A stretch of 64,000 nt of DNA from Moniliella sp. 'wahieum' (Eukaryota). The stretch is taken from contig RSEE01000054.1 of assembly GCA_003971905.1 (NCBI GenBank), forward strand, positions 186,001 through 250,000. Reading direction: 5' to 3'. Both the position numbers and the translations under genes were made by a program. Shown piece after piece: positions 27,300 through 40,204 of this stretch. A model generated the notes under the pieces. It was not told where the DNA came from, searched no databases, and saw nothing but the letters and a program-made list of their open reading frames with translations. Position 1 is the first letter of the stretch. Each line of letters begins with the position of its first letter.

Positions 27300-27469
27300 T
27301 AGGACAATGGCGGCTATTCAGGAGAAATGGGGCACCCTCGCAGCCAAAAAGCCAGAGCAGCCGGCGGAAGCAGACCGATTCCGCTCTGCCCCGCCCTGCG
27401 TGCAGGAGAAACACACTTTAAGTGCGGCCGTGCCATCCTTCCACCGCCGTCTGCTTCACGGCAAGCGGG

Positions 27470-28618
27470 ATGGAGCAGCTGACGGTGCACGACGCTTCGT
27501 CCGACACCACTCCCTCTGCGTCCGCTGGGCTGTCGTCCCCCATGCCCTGCCTGTCGCCACTGCGCCCTCCAGCAACACCATCCATCTCGCTCTCCGCCTC
27601 GCCGCCTGCCCCGCCCAGCCCAAGACGACCAGCCGACAGGCGTGGCCCAAGCCATCCAGCATGCGCCCCAGTGGCTCACTAATGCCGAGCTGAGACGCGC
27701 ACGAGCAGCCGCCTTGGTCGAGGCCTTCTTCTCACGCGTACGCTCGTCATTCCCGTAGTCTTACGCAGCCCCTGGGTCGATCGGCGCCTGTACTAACACA
27801 CAGCATTGAACGCATAACAACGTTGTCTCCCCTCTTCTGTATGTGTCGGCAATCAATATACCCGCATTCACCCATGCACCGCCACCCGTCTAGAACCAGG
27901 ATGCGTTCAACTTACTCGCAGTCCGCCTCTTACTGCTCCCGAGGCTTCCGCCAGCTCAATCGAGTGTACGTTATCCCTGTGTGTGCCCTTATGATGACGC
28001 CCCTTAGCCAGTCCTCCATCTGACGTACAGCGGCCGCTCTTCGGAGGCCTTGTGCTGTGCAGGGGCCTTGACGCTGACCAACACACATACCGCTTCCTTC
28101 AACCCAACACGCAGCCCATGCTCCAAATGGACTTTATCCTCCTCTCCTGGACCAAGCCAGGAAAACGAGCCGCCCCACAAACGACGAAAAAATGGACGCT
28201 CCCGCCGCCGCCCACCCCAACACATACTCCCACAGCCGCTGACGGTCGAACCAAGCTGGCAAGTGAGGTGCTGCCACCCAATGTCGAAGCACTCCTTTCG
28301 CGTGCACTGGTTCAGCTGGCCTCCAAGGCCATGTGGTCCCATCCTCTCCTCAGAGAATGCATGCATGCCTCCTGGGTGCAGCGCTCGGCAGAATCCCGTT
28401 GGGCCTTGGGCCGCCTCGCGCACCACCTTTCCGGGTGGGGAGAGGCGTGCCTTTCTCTCCCCCTGGAAGAAAACCGCATGCTTTCCCCCACTCCATCCCA
28501 GGGGAGCGTAGGTGCAACTGATGACGCCGAATTGCCCCCACCTTTGCACGGGCCATCGGACCGCTTGTTTGGTCTACTGAAAGAGATGGACGCGCGCAGG
28601 TGCCCATCGAGCGAGTAA
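27470..28618 (+). CDS. hypothetical multi-exon protein
   Basis: three canonical introns (27738-27803, 27839-27893, 27966-28030) leading into ORF 28052-28618; divergent from PET127; no family recognised. Confidence 0.55.
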
Positions 28619-29606
28619 AAGTACGTCTGCCGTGGTTATTGCAGAAGGTAGAGGATACTGATTCAGCAGCAGCGACCGGCACTGGACCTGTCGGACTTTT
28701 GTCAGGCCGAACCAAGTTCGGGCGACGAGTGGATGGACCCAAGGGGCAGTAGCTGCGGCAATTCTTTTCGTGGCCCATCGACCCACAGCTCCGAGGGAGA
28801 ACTAGGGCTGGGATCAGATGACGCTTCACGGACCGGTTGGTTGGACGCTTGCCCGAAGCCGTCTCTGACATCCCCCTCTTGATCCCGAGAGCGAAGGGGT
28901 GCTCATGTCGGCATCCAGCACGTCCAAGCTGTGTTTCTCATCCGTCCTCGATCCCGACAGCGGAGGCGTGCTGATGTCCTCCTCCCCTCCCATGACAATG
29001 ATGCAGGCGGGGTTCGAGTGGGAGTCGGCAGAGGTGAGGAGCAGCCCTTGCTGGGCTGCATCATCAGCGGTGCCGTGGGAGGCACGCGCGGAGGCAGAAG
29101 TGTCAATGGAACGGAGCGGCGTGACCGATGCGGGCTGTGCGAGTGGGCCGCGGGTGCTGACGGGAGACGGAAGGAGCATGTGGAAGCAGGAGCAGAAGGG
29201 GGGGGTGGAGGTGCTAGGCGCTGGGGCGTATGCATATTCAGTGCAGGAGGGCAAAGTGGGTTGCTTGGCCGCAGTGGTTGCTGGTTGTACGTGCGCCACA
29301 AGCGAGAATGCGCGAGGGATGGCCGATGGCAGTGCCACTGGGCCAGTGTTCAACCTCGGCCTGCGCCGCCGAGCCATGCCTCGACCATCGCAAAGCTTAT
29401 CAACACTCCAATCACCCACGACGTGCCACATGTCATCTGCACCGAGCTGGCTGTATTGGATTCGGATGAGCCAAGGCACGAGGGACTGCCACCATCTCGT
29501 CTCCAACGGCTCTTTGTTCGGCGCGCGCACAGGCCACCGAGCTCAGGCACAGGCCCCGCCCCTCACATCGGCCGCCGTCGGCAACACTCACCACTGCACC
29601 CACGCC

Positions 29607-31512
29607 ATGAAGCTCGCTGCCCTCTTCCACCCTTCCCCGCCCGCCTCCGCCCGGCCTCGGCCTCAGGCCCGCCGCGTCCCTCGCCTGCCCTAGCCGAACC
29701 CGCGCGCCACCGCACACGCACAGTCTCCATCACGGGCCTCAAGCTGCGCAGGCACCTCTCGCTCCGCCCCAGTGCCGCCCGCCCCCCCGCCAACGCGCCC
29801 CCCTCCCGCCTGTTCCCCGTGCGCCGAGCCCCCCCCGGCGCCGCAGCGGAACGCCCCGCCGTTCCTTGCGTCGCCGTCGGTCGACAGCCACCTGGGCTCG
29901 GTCTCGACGCGAACCACCCACCGCTCGCAGACCACGACAATCACCCCTGTCAGCACCGCCGCCACCCCCGACCACTTGGGCCCCCCCGCCGCTGCCCAGC
30001 GCCACTCCTTCTACAGCATTGCCTCCACCCCCGTATCTATCTCGGCTTCCTACACTGTCCCCTCCATCGCGCCCGCCCCAGCGCCCGCACCGGCCACCAT
30101 ACCCGCGTCTTCCACCGAGCCCTCTCTCGCCCGCCTCCGCTCCCCTCCCAAGTCTCGGTCTCGGTCTCGGTCCCCACCTGCACCATCCCCCTTCCCCCAA
30201 ACACCGTCTGGCCACCCGCCTCACTGATCTGACGGTTGCGCATGGCGATGGCCTCCTCACGCAGGACGAATACCGTTCGCTACGTGCCGCTTTTCTCTCC
30301 GCCGCTGTCACCCCGAAGGCACATCCTCTCCCGCCCAGGAGGAGCGGCGTGCGTCCCACGACTCGGCAGAGCAGCTGCAACTTACCCCGGAACCCTCCGT
30401 GGCCAGGCTGCGCACCGAATCGGTAAGCTCCTTCGAGTCGGGACAAACCAACCTCTCGCGCCTGCTCTCGTCCCGCCCCAAGGGCAGCAGGCAACGCACC
30501 TTCCCACCCTCGGCTAGTGTCATGAGTCGTCTCGGCAAGGCCACTGCCTCTGTCGCCTCGTTGGAAATCGACTCGGATGCCGAGAATGGAGGTAGTATTC
30601 TCAATGGCCCTGCGTCGTCGCTGTTGGGTCGGGGGGGCAGCATCCGTACAAACCGCGCCGATCTATGTCCGAGCGAAGGCCTGGAAGCGTCTTGTCCATG
30701 TCGACGACGGGATCGGGCAAGCCGGGCAAGCGCCTGCCCCGCAAGCTAGAAAGGCCAGGAAGCAGCGAGAGTTAGTGGAGCAGATCCAGGCGAGCCGTAT
30801 CGAGGCCGCCTTGGCGAGGTCAATGGCCTCCCCCGCCAGACCATGGTCTCCTCTCGAGCGTCCCATCCTCGCCTCCCTCATGCCACCCACAAGTCTCCCC
30901 GCGAAATCAAGGCCGAGATTGAGGTGGTAGAGACGGAGCAGACGGCCCTCCTTGCCTCGATCGAGGAGGTGCTGGCGCAAAATGGCTTGACGGCAGCCAT
31001 GGTCCATTCCACCCGCACGGCCCCGTTCTGCGTGGAACGGGAACAAGCGCGCAGGCCACTCGGTGTCCTCCTTGGTTTCCAACACGACCGAAGCAGCCGA
31101 GGACACCAATTGGCAATCTTCCTCCTTGGCCACTTTCCTCCTTCGGCCGCAAGAAGGAGCATCTTTGGCTCGCTTTTGGTTCGCAAGCCCTCTGTGCCCC
31201 ATCGTCGAATTTCCTGTTCCAAATCGAGCCAAGCCAGCGGAGCACAAGCCGCCTTCCCCGCCACCGGCCCCGACGGGCCAAGCGCACCGCCCCACACCCC
31301 AAGGACCCAATGCAGTGCCCTTTCCCCAAGCTCGACCTGTATCCAACGCGCCTCCTGTGTCTTTAGGTGCGCCCTTACAGCCTGCTGCGAAGACGGACCG
31401 AGATACTCTGGTGCTCATGCACGCCCGGGTAGCCGAGCGGTACGACGAGCGCTTGGCCATGCTACAGTCCTCGCTTCGTAGTGCCCAGCTGCGCGAAAAG
31501 GCGTTGCACTAG
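29607..31512 (+). CDS. basidiomycete-type hypothetical protein with SHOCT-like helix and C-terminal coiled coil
   Basis: LATRLTDLTVAHGDGLLTQDEYRSLR, SPREIKAEIEVVE, VAERYDERLAMLQSSLRSAQLREK*; low-complexity linkers; frameshifted. Confidence 0.65.
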
Positions 31513-31831
31513 GAGGCCGCCGTGTCTCGTTGACCCACGAGGCTTGAATCCCTGGGCCGCTTAGTGCCTTCCTCCCCCCTGAGGCGCTTTTTTTTTCCTG
31601 TACCAAGATCCACTAGTGGGCTCTGCTGCCCCTTGTATTTTTCTTTCGTTTGCCGTTTGGTTGTCGGCGTTACGCGTCACGCTCCCTGTGTTAGTCCCCT
31701 GCGCTGGGAAGCTAGTTCCTAGTCCTCCTAATGACCATCGTTTGGCCGCTGTGGCGGGTGACAGCATGGGAATGCCAACTAGCGATGGTCGAGTAGTATA
31801 GAATACAGTTAGATAACGACTATATATGCGC

Positions 31832-33320
31832 CTACTGGCATACCTTGGCCAGGACACAATCGCGGTACGCCGCGCCCATCAAGCCCACAAACGCTTGTGC
31901 TTCCGGGGATCGAGACACGTACGTTGGGCTGGTCCAAGCGTACGGGTTGATGCGGGGCAACGTAACCGTCGGTGGAGACGTGCTGGGCGACGGCTTGGCG
32001 TAGCTGCGTAGCGAGTGTGAGGTAGGCTGGCTTGATGGGCTGGCCCGCGGCAGACTGCAGGACGGCGTAGCGGTACACGGCGGCTACAACACCTGCTGTG
32101 CCAGCCACTTCGCCCCCCCAGGTGGGGGTAGTGTCCTTGACGCCCTTGGGTCCGCCGACGAGGTAGCCGCGCAGCAAGCCATTGGCGGGGTCGATGGACT
32201 GGCCCGCCTGTGCACACGCGGCGAGAGGAACCAGGATGCCCTCGACCAAGGCCGTGACCGAGGATTGTAACGGCTCGATCCAACTCGGCGTACCAGGGTA
32301 CCGAGCCAAGGTAGCCAGCACACGTACCATCCCATTCAACGCCCACGTCTCGCCCGTCGTCCACAGCCCCTTGGTCTGGGACGCCGAGCCGGAAATGTGT
32401 CGCCACAACCCCTTGGCTAGGGGGGCGACGTTTGCCCGTGTCGCGAAAGGCCAAGCGTTTTCGAGTACCCCTCCAGCTGCCGCACCGTCTCCTGCATCAA
32501 CTCTGGTTGGACGAGGCTACCGCCGCGTACGCCATAAAGGGAGGGGCCATATACTATCCAAGGAAATCCGTCCGTCAGATCTGCGCCACAGGAGGAGGGG
32601 GGGGGGGGGGGGATGAACGTACAGCCCAATCGGCCCAGACGGCCAGCTCTGATGAGCGCGAGCTAAGGGTCCCATCGGCGTAGCGGGGGGAAGAGAAGAG
32701 GTTACCAAGTTGGCGCTTAGCAGCCAGGGTACGAGTCACTCTTCACGCCCAACAGCAAGGCTGCCACGCCCAACGAGCACGGATCCCCTGAGGAGCCTTG
32801 TCCGTCCGCCAAGTCGCCCCCATTCTTCCCTGCGTCGAGGGATGTGCTGCTTGGCATACGTCAAAGCGGGGGAAGAGGTGAGGGAAGGGAGGGAGCCTTG
32901 AGGGAACGCATACTTGCCGAAAACAGCATGGCCTGGGTTGTAGAGCTCAAGGAAAAGCTCAGTGGTCGTCCCGTACTCCCAGCTGTGCTTGGACATTTCT
33001 TCTGCCCGTTGGGCCACCAGAGACAAATTGAAGCCCATGTTGACGCCTTGGTTTACCGTAGCTGGCGTCAGCGGGCCTTTGACCTTCTTGTTGGCCTTCT
33101 TTCCCTTCTTTGCCCTTCCTGACTTTGTCCTGTGCAATTGCTCCGACCAAGGCAGCGTGGAGGGTGCGCGATGCATCATTTCCTCGCCCTCGACCAAGAG
33201 AAGACTGGGCAGTTTCCCGTCGTTGTACCAAGGGGGATGGGTCAAGGCGACGCCCAACCGGAACAGACTCAACTGCCCCGGAAAGTATAGCGATCCATGC
33301 TAGGCAATAAGGAAACGCAT
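31832..33320 (-). CDS. secreted six-hairpin glycosidase, GH105/GH88-like
   Basis: signal peptide MRFLIA(L)AWIAILSGAVES, SWEYGT...LELYNP, YMAPPFMAY, GLWRHI, GLWTTG..W, SPEAQAFV. Confidence 0.8.
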
Positions 33321-35176
33321 CTTGAAAACGGAAGACTGGGTGGGTGGTGGGAGTTGGGAGGAACCAGGTATGGGAAGAATACGATGCCGCTCAGAACCAG
33401 TCTGGCGAAACTTTGGAGAGGAGAGGTCTGATGCGCACGAGGTATAATTGCTGTGCCGACGATGACGGGAGAGGGAAGCACAAACTCGAAAAGAGGTGAT
33501 GCCGTTGTCTCCCAGTGATGGAAGTGGCTTGGTTTGTAGTGTACGTCCAGAGGACGAGGTGAGAAGGTGATTCGGCGCCGCCGAGGGAGAAGGGGGATAA
33601 GAAGGGGGATGGATGGGGGACGGATGAAGGGTCAGGTCCAATCTAAAGGGAAAGTGCACAGAGGCCAGCTCTGTGAGAAGTGACTAGTGACAAGAAGGTA
33701 GTGTGCTGTTATGGCAAAGTGGGCGTGATCACGGCGTTCTGAAAAGTGAGAGAGAGACCATCAGAGTCGGCACTGATATATACAGTTTTTGACTGTGGTT
33801 CAGGACCTACGGCGCCCAGTGCCGATCCTCTTCCACCCAACCAAACGGGCAAGAAAGACATGCGAAAAGAGCGAGGTAAGACTGACAAGCGCTGTCTTTC
33901 CTGTCCGGGCATTCCGAGCGCTTATAAGACACGATGAATTTCCCCTTTGGGCGTGGCGCGTGGATTGAGACCAACTGACGTCGTCTCCACTTCCAACAAT
34001 GCTCCCACACTATGGTGTGGTCGGTGCAGTCGGGCTGCCCTTGTGGTAATTTCCACTCAACTGGGTACCGGATTGACTAACAACCTCAGTAGCAATCCAC
34101 ACCGGGCTGGGGGATCGACATGCCAACGTCAGCCCACTGGGCCGTCTGCGGTAGGACATCCATCCGCCCTAGGAAGTGTCCTCTAGTGCGAGACGGGACG
34201 AGTGATTCCAACTGCCCACGATCATCGATCAATTAATCCCTCGGGATGTGCGACATGGGACGTGGGATCCGCAGGGGACGCACGGCGTATTTTTAGCTCC
34301 TCACTTAACCTTATTTCGTTTCCAGTTGATTGCGAGGCTCCGAAAGGTCCAGATGTGACTCGGTGACCTTGGTGACCGGTGACCCTGGGGACCTAGGGAA
34401 AAGGCTCAAAGGTTGGAGCTCGGACAGCTTTGAGGCTAATTCTTGCTACCATGTTGACTGTAACATGTAACGTAACGGTAACATGCGGTAACAGGATGCA
34501 TGAGCGCTGATCCTTCTGCAGATCTCCTGCATGAGGCCCCTCAGGCATGCGGCCAGTCTGGCCAGGCTAATCGAGAGCTAGTCAAATGCAACCAAGTAAA
34601 CAGGGAGACAGTGTCTACTCGAAGTTCCACGTAGTGCACCAACTATGCGTGTACTAACTACACGTCCTTCCACTGCAATCACTCCAGTCCGCCCTCAGAT
34701 GGCCGCAGAGATGACGTTTCTCCACGTCGAGAGGGGCTGTATGCCGGTGAAATACGTGGGAACGTTGTCGATCGCAAAACAGAGAGGTGCCGAGGGAGCT
34801 TAGCGTTTACCCTCACATGCCTCCTGGGGCGCATAACGGCGCATAACATAAAGCTGAAGGCGCAATTGCGTGTTTTGACATTGGCGGCCCCATGGAAACG
34901 CTTGTGCAAACGCACAGGCTACGCGGAAGAAGGAAGAAGCAAGCGGGGCCCACAAGGGTTGGACAATGGATTTAGGTGACACAGGGTTGGACAAGAGCGA
35001 AAATATTGGTACGACAAGGCCCTGGTAGGCGGGGAGGTGCCAGAAACGAAGGAAGGGGGGGGGGGGGACACACGTGCTGACCGAAGCACATGAGGACGGA
35101 GCGGGGGCGAAGTGGGGTGGGGATGAACATGTCGGTGCTGGTTGCGGGGCAGGGCGGGAAGGAAAATGGGGTTGGG

Positions 35177-36479
35177 TCAAAGAAGAGCCGTGTCTCGCAG
35201 TGCATTCTGAACAATGGTATCCTTCACATCAATAAACACCTGTTCGATGCCCTTGGTGTCGGTAGCCTGAGTGAGGTGGGGGTAGATGGGCAGTTTGGCC
35301 CGGTTGAGCTGGGTGAAGCGCCAGAGCACGTACCGGGCCGCCTTTTGCACATCCGGTCCCCGGTAGTCGGAAATAAGTGTTTTCCAGCGGCACACGAGGA
35401 ATTTTTTTCCGGAACACATCCACCTTGTTGAGAAGAGAATGACGGACGAACGGGCAAACCAACGCGAGTTGACCACCGACTCGAACAACACCAGGGACTC
35501 GTCCAACCGATTTTGGGTTGGATCCTCCAGCAAAACCTGATCGTACTCGGAGATGGCGACACAAAAGATGATGGAAGTCACTGCTTCGAACGAGTGGATC
35601 CACTTGAGCCGCTCAGAACGTTGGCCACCCACATCAAAGAGGTGGATGAGCAAATTTCCCATAGCGAACGTCGTTTCGGTGATCCCTGTGCTCTTGGAGC
35701 GGGCTCGTAGCACGTCGTCGTTGGTAGGCAATAGTCAGGCTGGGTGATACGTGCTGCGTTCTCGAAAAAGTAGGGAGCACTGTCCATGAGGTAGAACTTG
35801 TCCCCATACTGGTCCAGAAGTGTGCGCGTCACGTCGGAAGCCCAGAGCTGGCTGGCGTAATCACCCATATCGGTGGGCAAGGGGTTGGATTCGTCTGCTG
35901 TCGGTCTTGGTGGCTCCGCATCGTTCTCGAGGGTACGGGCGACTCGGCCAAGGGTTCCTGCCCCTTCGGTTTTGTTGAGCTCTGAAAGAGCCGCGTCCGA
36001 CTGGGGCTCCTGCGCGGAGGTAGATGGTTTGGTGGTGAAATTGAGGATGTGCTGAATTGCCTGTCGCGTGGCGGTGTCGGGCGGCTGAATCGTACTTGAC
36101 CAGGGCCACTGCGATCGTCTGGGCGGATTCCAGAGGTTTTTGGCGATGACGCGGCGGTAGTTAGTCTCCGAGTGGTTAAATCCGTCTTTGTGGATGATCT
36201 TCATCTGCTTGCTGATCGTACTTTTTCCGCTTTCGCCGCTTCCGAGGAGAAGGAGCTTGAAAGAGCGCTTGTGACGACCGGCACCGGCGCTGGTGTTGGG
36301 CGCCGGTGCGCCATTAGAGAGCGAAGCATTGGACTTGTGGCGGGTGTGCGGGGGGGTGAGCGGAAGCAGGGGTCGATACGGGAGCAGTGGCTGGCGTGGC
36401 TGGCGGGCGAGCTTGGGTGGGCGCAGACGCAGACTGTGGGGGGGGCGCTGTCGGGCTTGCTACTGAGGCAGTTCCCCAT
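35177..36479 (-). CDS. heterotrimeric G protein alpha subunit
   Basis: MGNC lipidation motif, [45 protein letters not shown]-terminus [13 protein letters not shown]. Confidence 0.95.
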
Positions 36480-36569
36480 CGTGGTGCGCACCAGGCCTCA
36501 GCTGCCGGCCCAAGGCACGGGGAGGGGGTGGGTCGAGGAGGGAGCGTGGGGGGGCGGGGGGCGGAGGAG

Positions 36570-36621
36570 GGAGCAGCGCGGGTGGTGGAGCGGAGGGAGC
36601 AGCGCGGGTGGTGGAGCGGAG
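36570..36621. repeat. 26-bp tandem duplication upstream of the G-alpha start
   Basis: GGAGCAGCGCGGGTGGTGGAGCGGAG x2. Confidence 0.85.
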
Positions 36622-37061
36622 GGGAGGAGGTGCGCCACATGAGTGGCAACCAGGATTCAGATTTTCATTCATCCAGCCTGCCATCTGCCGGCGCGGCGGC
36701 GCGGCGCAGAAAAAGGCACGGCGGCAGTCTACCCCAGTGCTGTTTTACAAGCGCGGTGTGCTGCATAGCCCGCTGGGTTGTCCCTCCGATCGGCACTCAC
36801 CTGCCCGTCTCTGCCGCCGATCCGAACCAGCCCACACGCGCCTCTCCCCTGCCACATCGCCTGCTCCCACCCCCGACACGCCGAGCCAGAGCAGCACACC
36901 TCGCAGGAAGGGAGGCCCCGCCTTGCCACGAACCACATGTCTCTCACATGTTCCTTTCTGTCTTCTTGCCTTGATTCTGTTTACCCACACGGGACGTAGA
37001 TCCAGGTCGGGCAATTACATCCGCTGCACAAAGGAACTCCACATTCCCGCCACTGCACGGC

Positions 37062-37145
37062 AGCTACCTAGCTCAGGCGGAAGAGCGGTGGGCTCATATG
37101 TCCCTTGTGACCCACAGGTCGTCGGATCAAGACCGACGGTAGCTA
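37062..37145 (+). tRNA. initiator tRNA-Met (CAT) with 11-nt intron (37099-37109)
   Basis: acceptor AGCTACC/GGTAGCT (A1:U72), D-arm GCTC/GAGC, anticodon stem GTGGG/CCCAC with CAT at 37095-37097, T-loop ATCAAGA (A54), T7 Pol III terminator at ~37149. Confidence 0.93.
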
Positions 37146-37345
37146 CTCTTTTTTGGCGCATTTTCAACGCGACCTGAATTTAACATGAGAACCCTAGCGC
37201 ATCTTGGTCCTTGCCTCGTGCGGAACGGCAGCAGCGGTAGGGTTTCGGAATGTGCCCGCCATCCGTGCGCCCCCCAGCTTTGAATGCCTTGAGCGAAGCG
37301 GGCGCTGACGCTGACGTCGCTTCCCCAGCTTTCCAGGCCTCCGCC

Positions 37346-38338
37346 ATGCCACCCCGGTCGCCTATGGACGAGTTTATGCGCAGGATGCAGGACACGGCAA
37401 GGGACGCCAGCCGTGGGCGCTTCCCTGGCGGCGGGCGGGGTGCTCCCAAGGGTGTGCTCGGCGGAACGGGTGCCATTGTGGGTCTGGTCGCGCTCGCTGT
37501 GGGCATCAATGCGTCGCTGTTCAATGTCGATGGTGGACACCGGGCGATCAAGTACAGCCGTGTGTATGGTGTGCTGCCGACCGTGTACCCAGAGGGCACA
37601 CACTTCCTTCTTCCCTGGTTTGAGCATGCCATCGATTACGACGTGCGTGCCAAGCCGCGCAGCATCGCCTCCTTGACCGGCACCAAGGACCTGCAGATGG
37701 TCAACATCACCTGCCGTGTGCTCTCGCGCCCAGACGCACACCAGTTGCCATCCTTGTACCGTGAACTGGGCGCTGACTACGATGAGCGCGTGCTGCCATC
37801 AATCGTGAACGAGGTGCTCAGGCAGTGGTGGCGCAGTTCAATGCGTCCCAGTTGATCACTCAGCGTGAGATGGTGTCGCGTCTGGTCCGGGATTCGCTCA
37901 CCGCCCGCGCCAGGCGGTTCAACCTCGTACTGGATGATGTCTCCATCACGCATGTCGCCTTCAGTCCCGAGTTCACCGCGGCGGTTGAGGCCAAGCAGAT
38001 TGCCCAGCAAACGGCCCAACGGCGGCCTACCTGGTGGATCAGGCGGTGCAGGAGAAACAATCATCATTGTCAAGGCACAAGGTGAAGCCCGCTCGGCCGA
38101 GCTAATTGGTGAAGCGCTCAAGAAAAACAAGGGCTTCTTGGCCTTGCGCAAGCTCGAGGCTGCCAGGGAAATCGCTTCGACTTTGTCCATCAGCGGGAAC
38201 AAGATTATGCTCGACGCCGATTCACTTTTGCTCAACGTGTATGTCCCTTCTTTCCCTTTCTCTTTCCCTTTTCTCATGCTTACCATTATTTTCAACAGTG
38301 CCACCGAGGATCCCGACAGTGCCAAGACCAAAAAGTAA
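37346..38338 (+). CDS. PHB2: prohibitin 2
   Basis: [57 protein letters not shown]. Confidence 0.96.
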
Positions 38339-38555
38339 TGTCTCTTATCCATCCCATCGCCGTTGCACCGCAACTCACGCCAAAATTGATTCACTGCTCA
38401 TCACCCCCGGGTTTCCACAGGTGGTCAAGGGCGATGGTTTTAGCTCGGTGGACCAATCTCCAAATATCAATGACGTTATCAACATCAGGACTGGAGACAA
38501 CATAGGATTAGATTGCAGACCAATGCACAACAACTGGGGCATGTAGCGTAAAGCA

Positions 38556-39829
38556 TCAATCCACCTCACGGTGCGACGATGGGACCCCCACTTCCCAGAC
38601 GAGCGTGAGAAGGTACATGGGGATCTGCGGCCAAACCCGCTGGCAAGTCGACGGCGGCTGGACGGCATGCTCGCTGCCTACCTTGGTCATAGGCTCGGCA
38701 TCTCCTGCAGCTGCAGTCGACGAACTAGCTGAGCCAACTGATGAAAGTTGTGATCAAAGGTTGCTTTGCTACCAGGTTGGCGGCTTGGACGTTGGAGCCG
38801 TTGTCACGGAATAGGAGGGCCTTGTGGCGCCGGCTCTTCTGCTTGGCGAATGATTGCCTCGCCACGAGGGTGTTCCATGGCCCGGCATTCGATAAGGAGC
38901 AGCCTTCTGAACAGCGGCACTTGCCTCCCAAATAGGCCGGAAGATTTTCGAGCGGAATCTGCTGGGCTAGCTCACGCTCGTACCCATTCCCCAGAATCTT
39001 GATCTTTCGACCGTGACGGGATCGAGCCACGCCTTGACAACAGCCCAAACCGTGGTGAAAATGTAGGGCGCATTGATGATGTAAAAACTTTCCCATCGTC
39101 AGGGTAGTAGTACTGGCCAATCTTGGATGCCTGTTGCACGTACCCTGATACTTTCCAGAATTGCGACACACCCACGTCTTTAGGTCCATGATCGTACAGC
39201 TCGTCCGATCAATTCCTCCCGCTCGAACGAGCATACGGGCAAGCGCTCGCGCTGGAACTTTTCGTACTCAACCACAAGCTTCTGCATGATCCGCTCCGGC
39301 GAGGATGATTGTACAATGCCTGAGATCGACTTTGCCCAGTTGTCAATGTAGACGGGACGGCCGTCCTTGTCAGTTTTGTGGTAGAACTGGGGGTACAGCT
39401 CGTTGACCCCTCTTTTTCAGGGAAGGTAAACGATTGGTATAGCTCATCAACCTTGAAATCACGCCGCCACTGCTCCGCCTCGGAAAACATGGCAAATGTA
39501 GCATCCAAGTCCCATTTTCGGGCCCGCAGAAAGCGGCAGAGACACGCATCGTCGTGGCGGGTGGGATCGTAGAACTTGCTCTCGACCGCTTTTGCGCGAA
39601 GAGCATCGAGGAGCAGCCTGTTGGTGTTGGTTCAGGTGACGGGGCGGCCGGGGTGGGCATAGGCGCGGCAGTCAGGTTGATAGTGTGGATCGAGCGGGCT
39701 CGGGAGGTGTGGCGGCCAAGGAGGCCGAGGTTGATGGTGGGCGTGGGCGTGCGCCTCCTGCGGCTGGGCTGTGGCGGCGGCGCCAGCGGCAGCATCAGCA
39801 TCGCGCTCCTTGTGCTTCCGGCGGAACAT
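38556..39829 (-). CDS. SEC14: Sec14 phosphatidylinositol transfer protein (CRAL-TRIO)
   Basis: CRFLRARKWD, YPQFYHKTDKDGRPVYI, CTIMDLK, IPLENLP.YLGG.C.C..GCSLSNAGPW; stop position uncertain. Confidence 0.9.
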
Positions 39830-40204
39830 GAGGGTGGTGGGCGTGTGCGGCTGCGGGTGTGGCAGGAGCGGGGGTAGGCGACCGGCCGCCGCAAGTGGAG
39901 ATCTCAGCTGCCCAACATTCCGCTGCGCCCAGCAAATCCTCAACCACGCTGCACCCGTCGGCCAGCGCATGACGTCACTCCACCTGCGCCCTCGTTTCTC
40001 GTCACGCGTCACGCGTCATGTGCCGATCGATGCGACTTTCATCTCAGCCATCGCATCGGCATCATCGGTCGATTCCCGAATCAAAGGGTGTTGACAGCAA
40101 ATTAGGTAACTGCATGTTTCAAAACCTGCCCAACCCTGCTGATGATTGGGGCCAGCCGACCCCCGGCCACCCTCCACCCCGACCTCAGCCTCGAGCCCCT
40201 CGCG

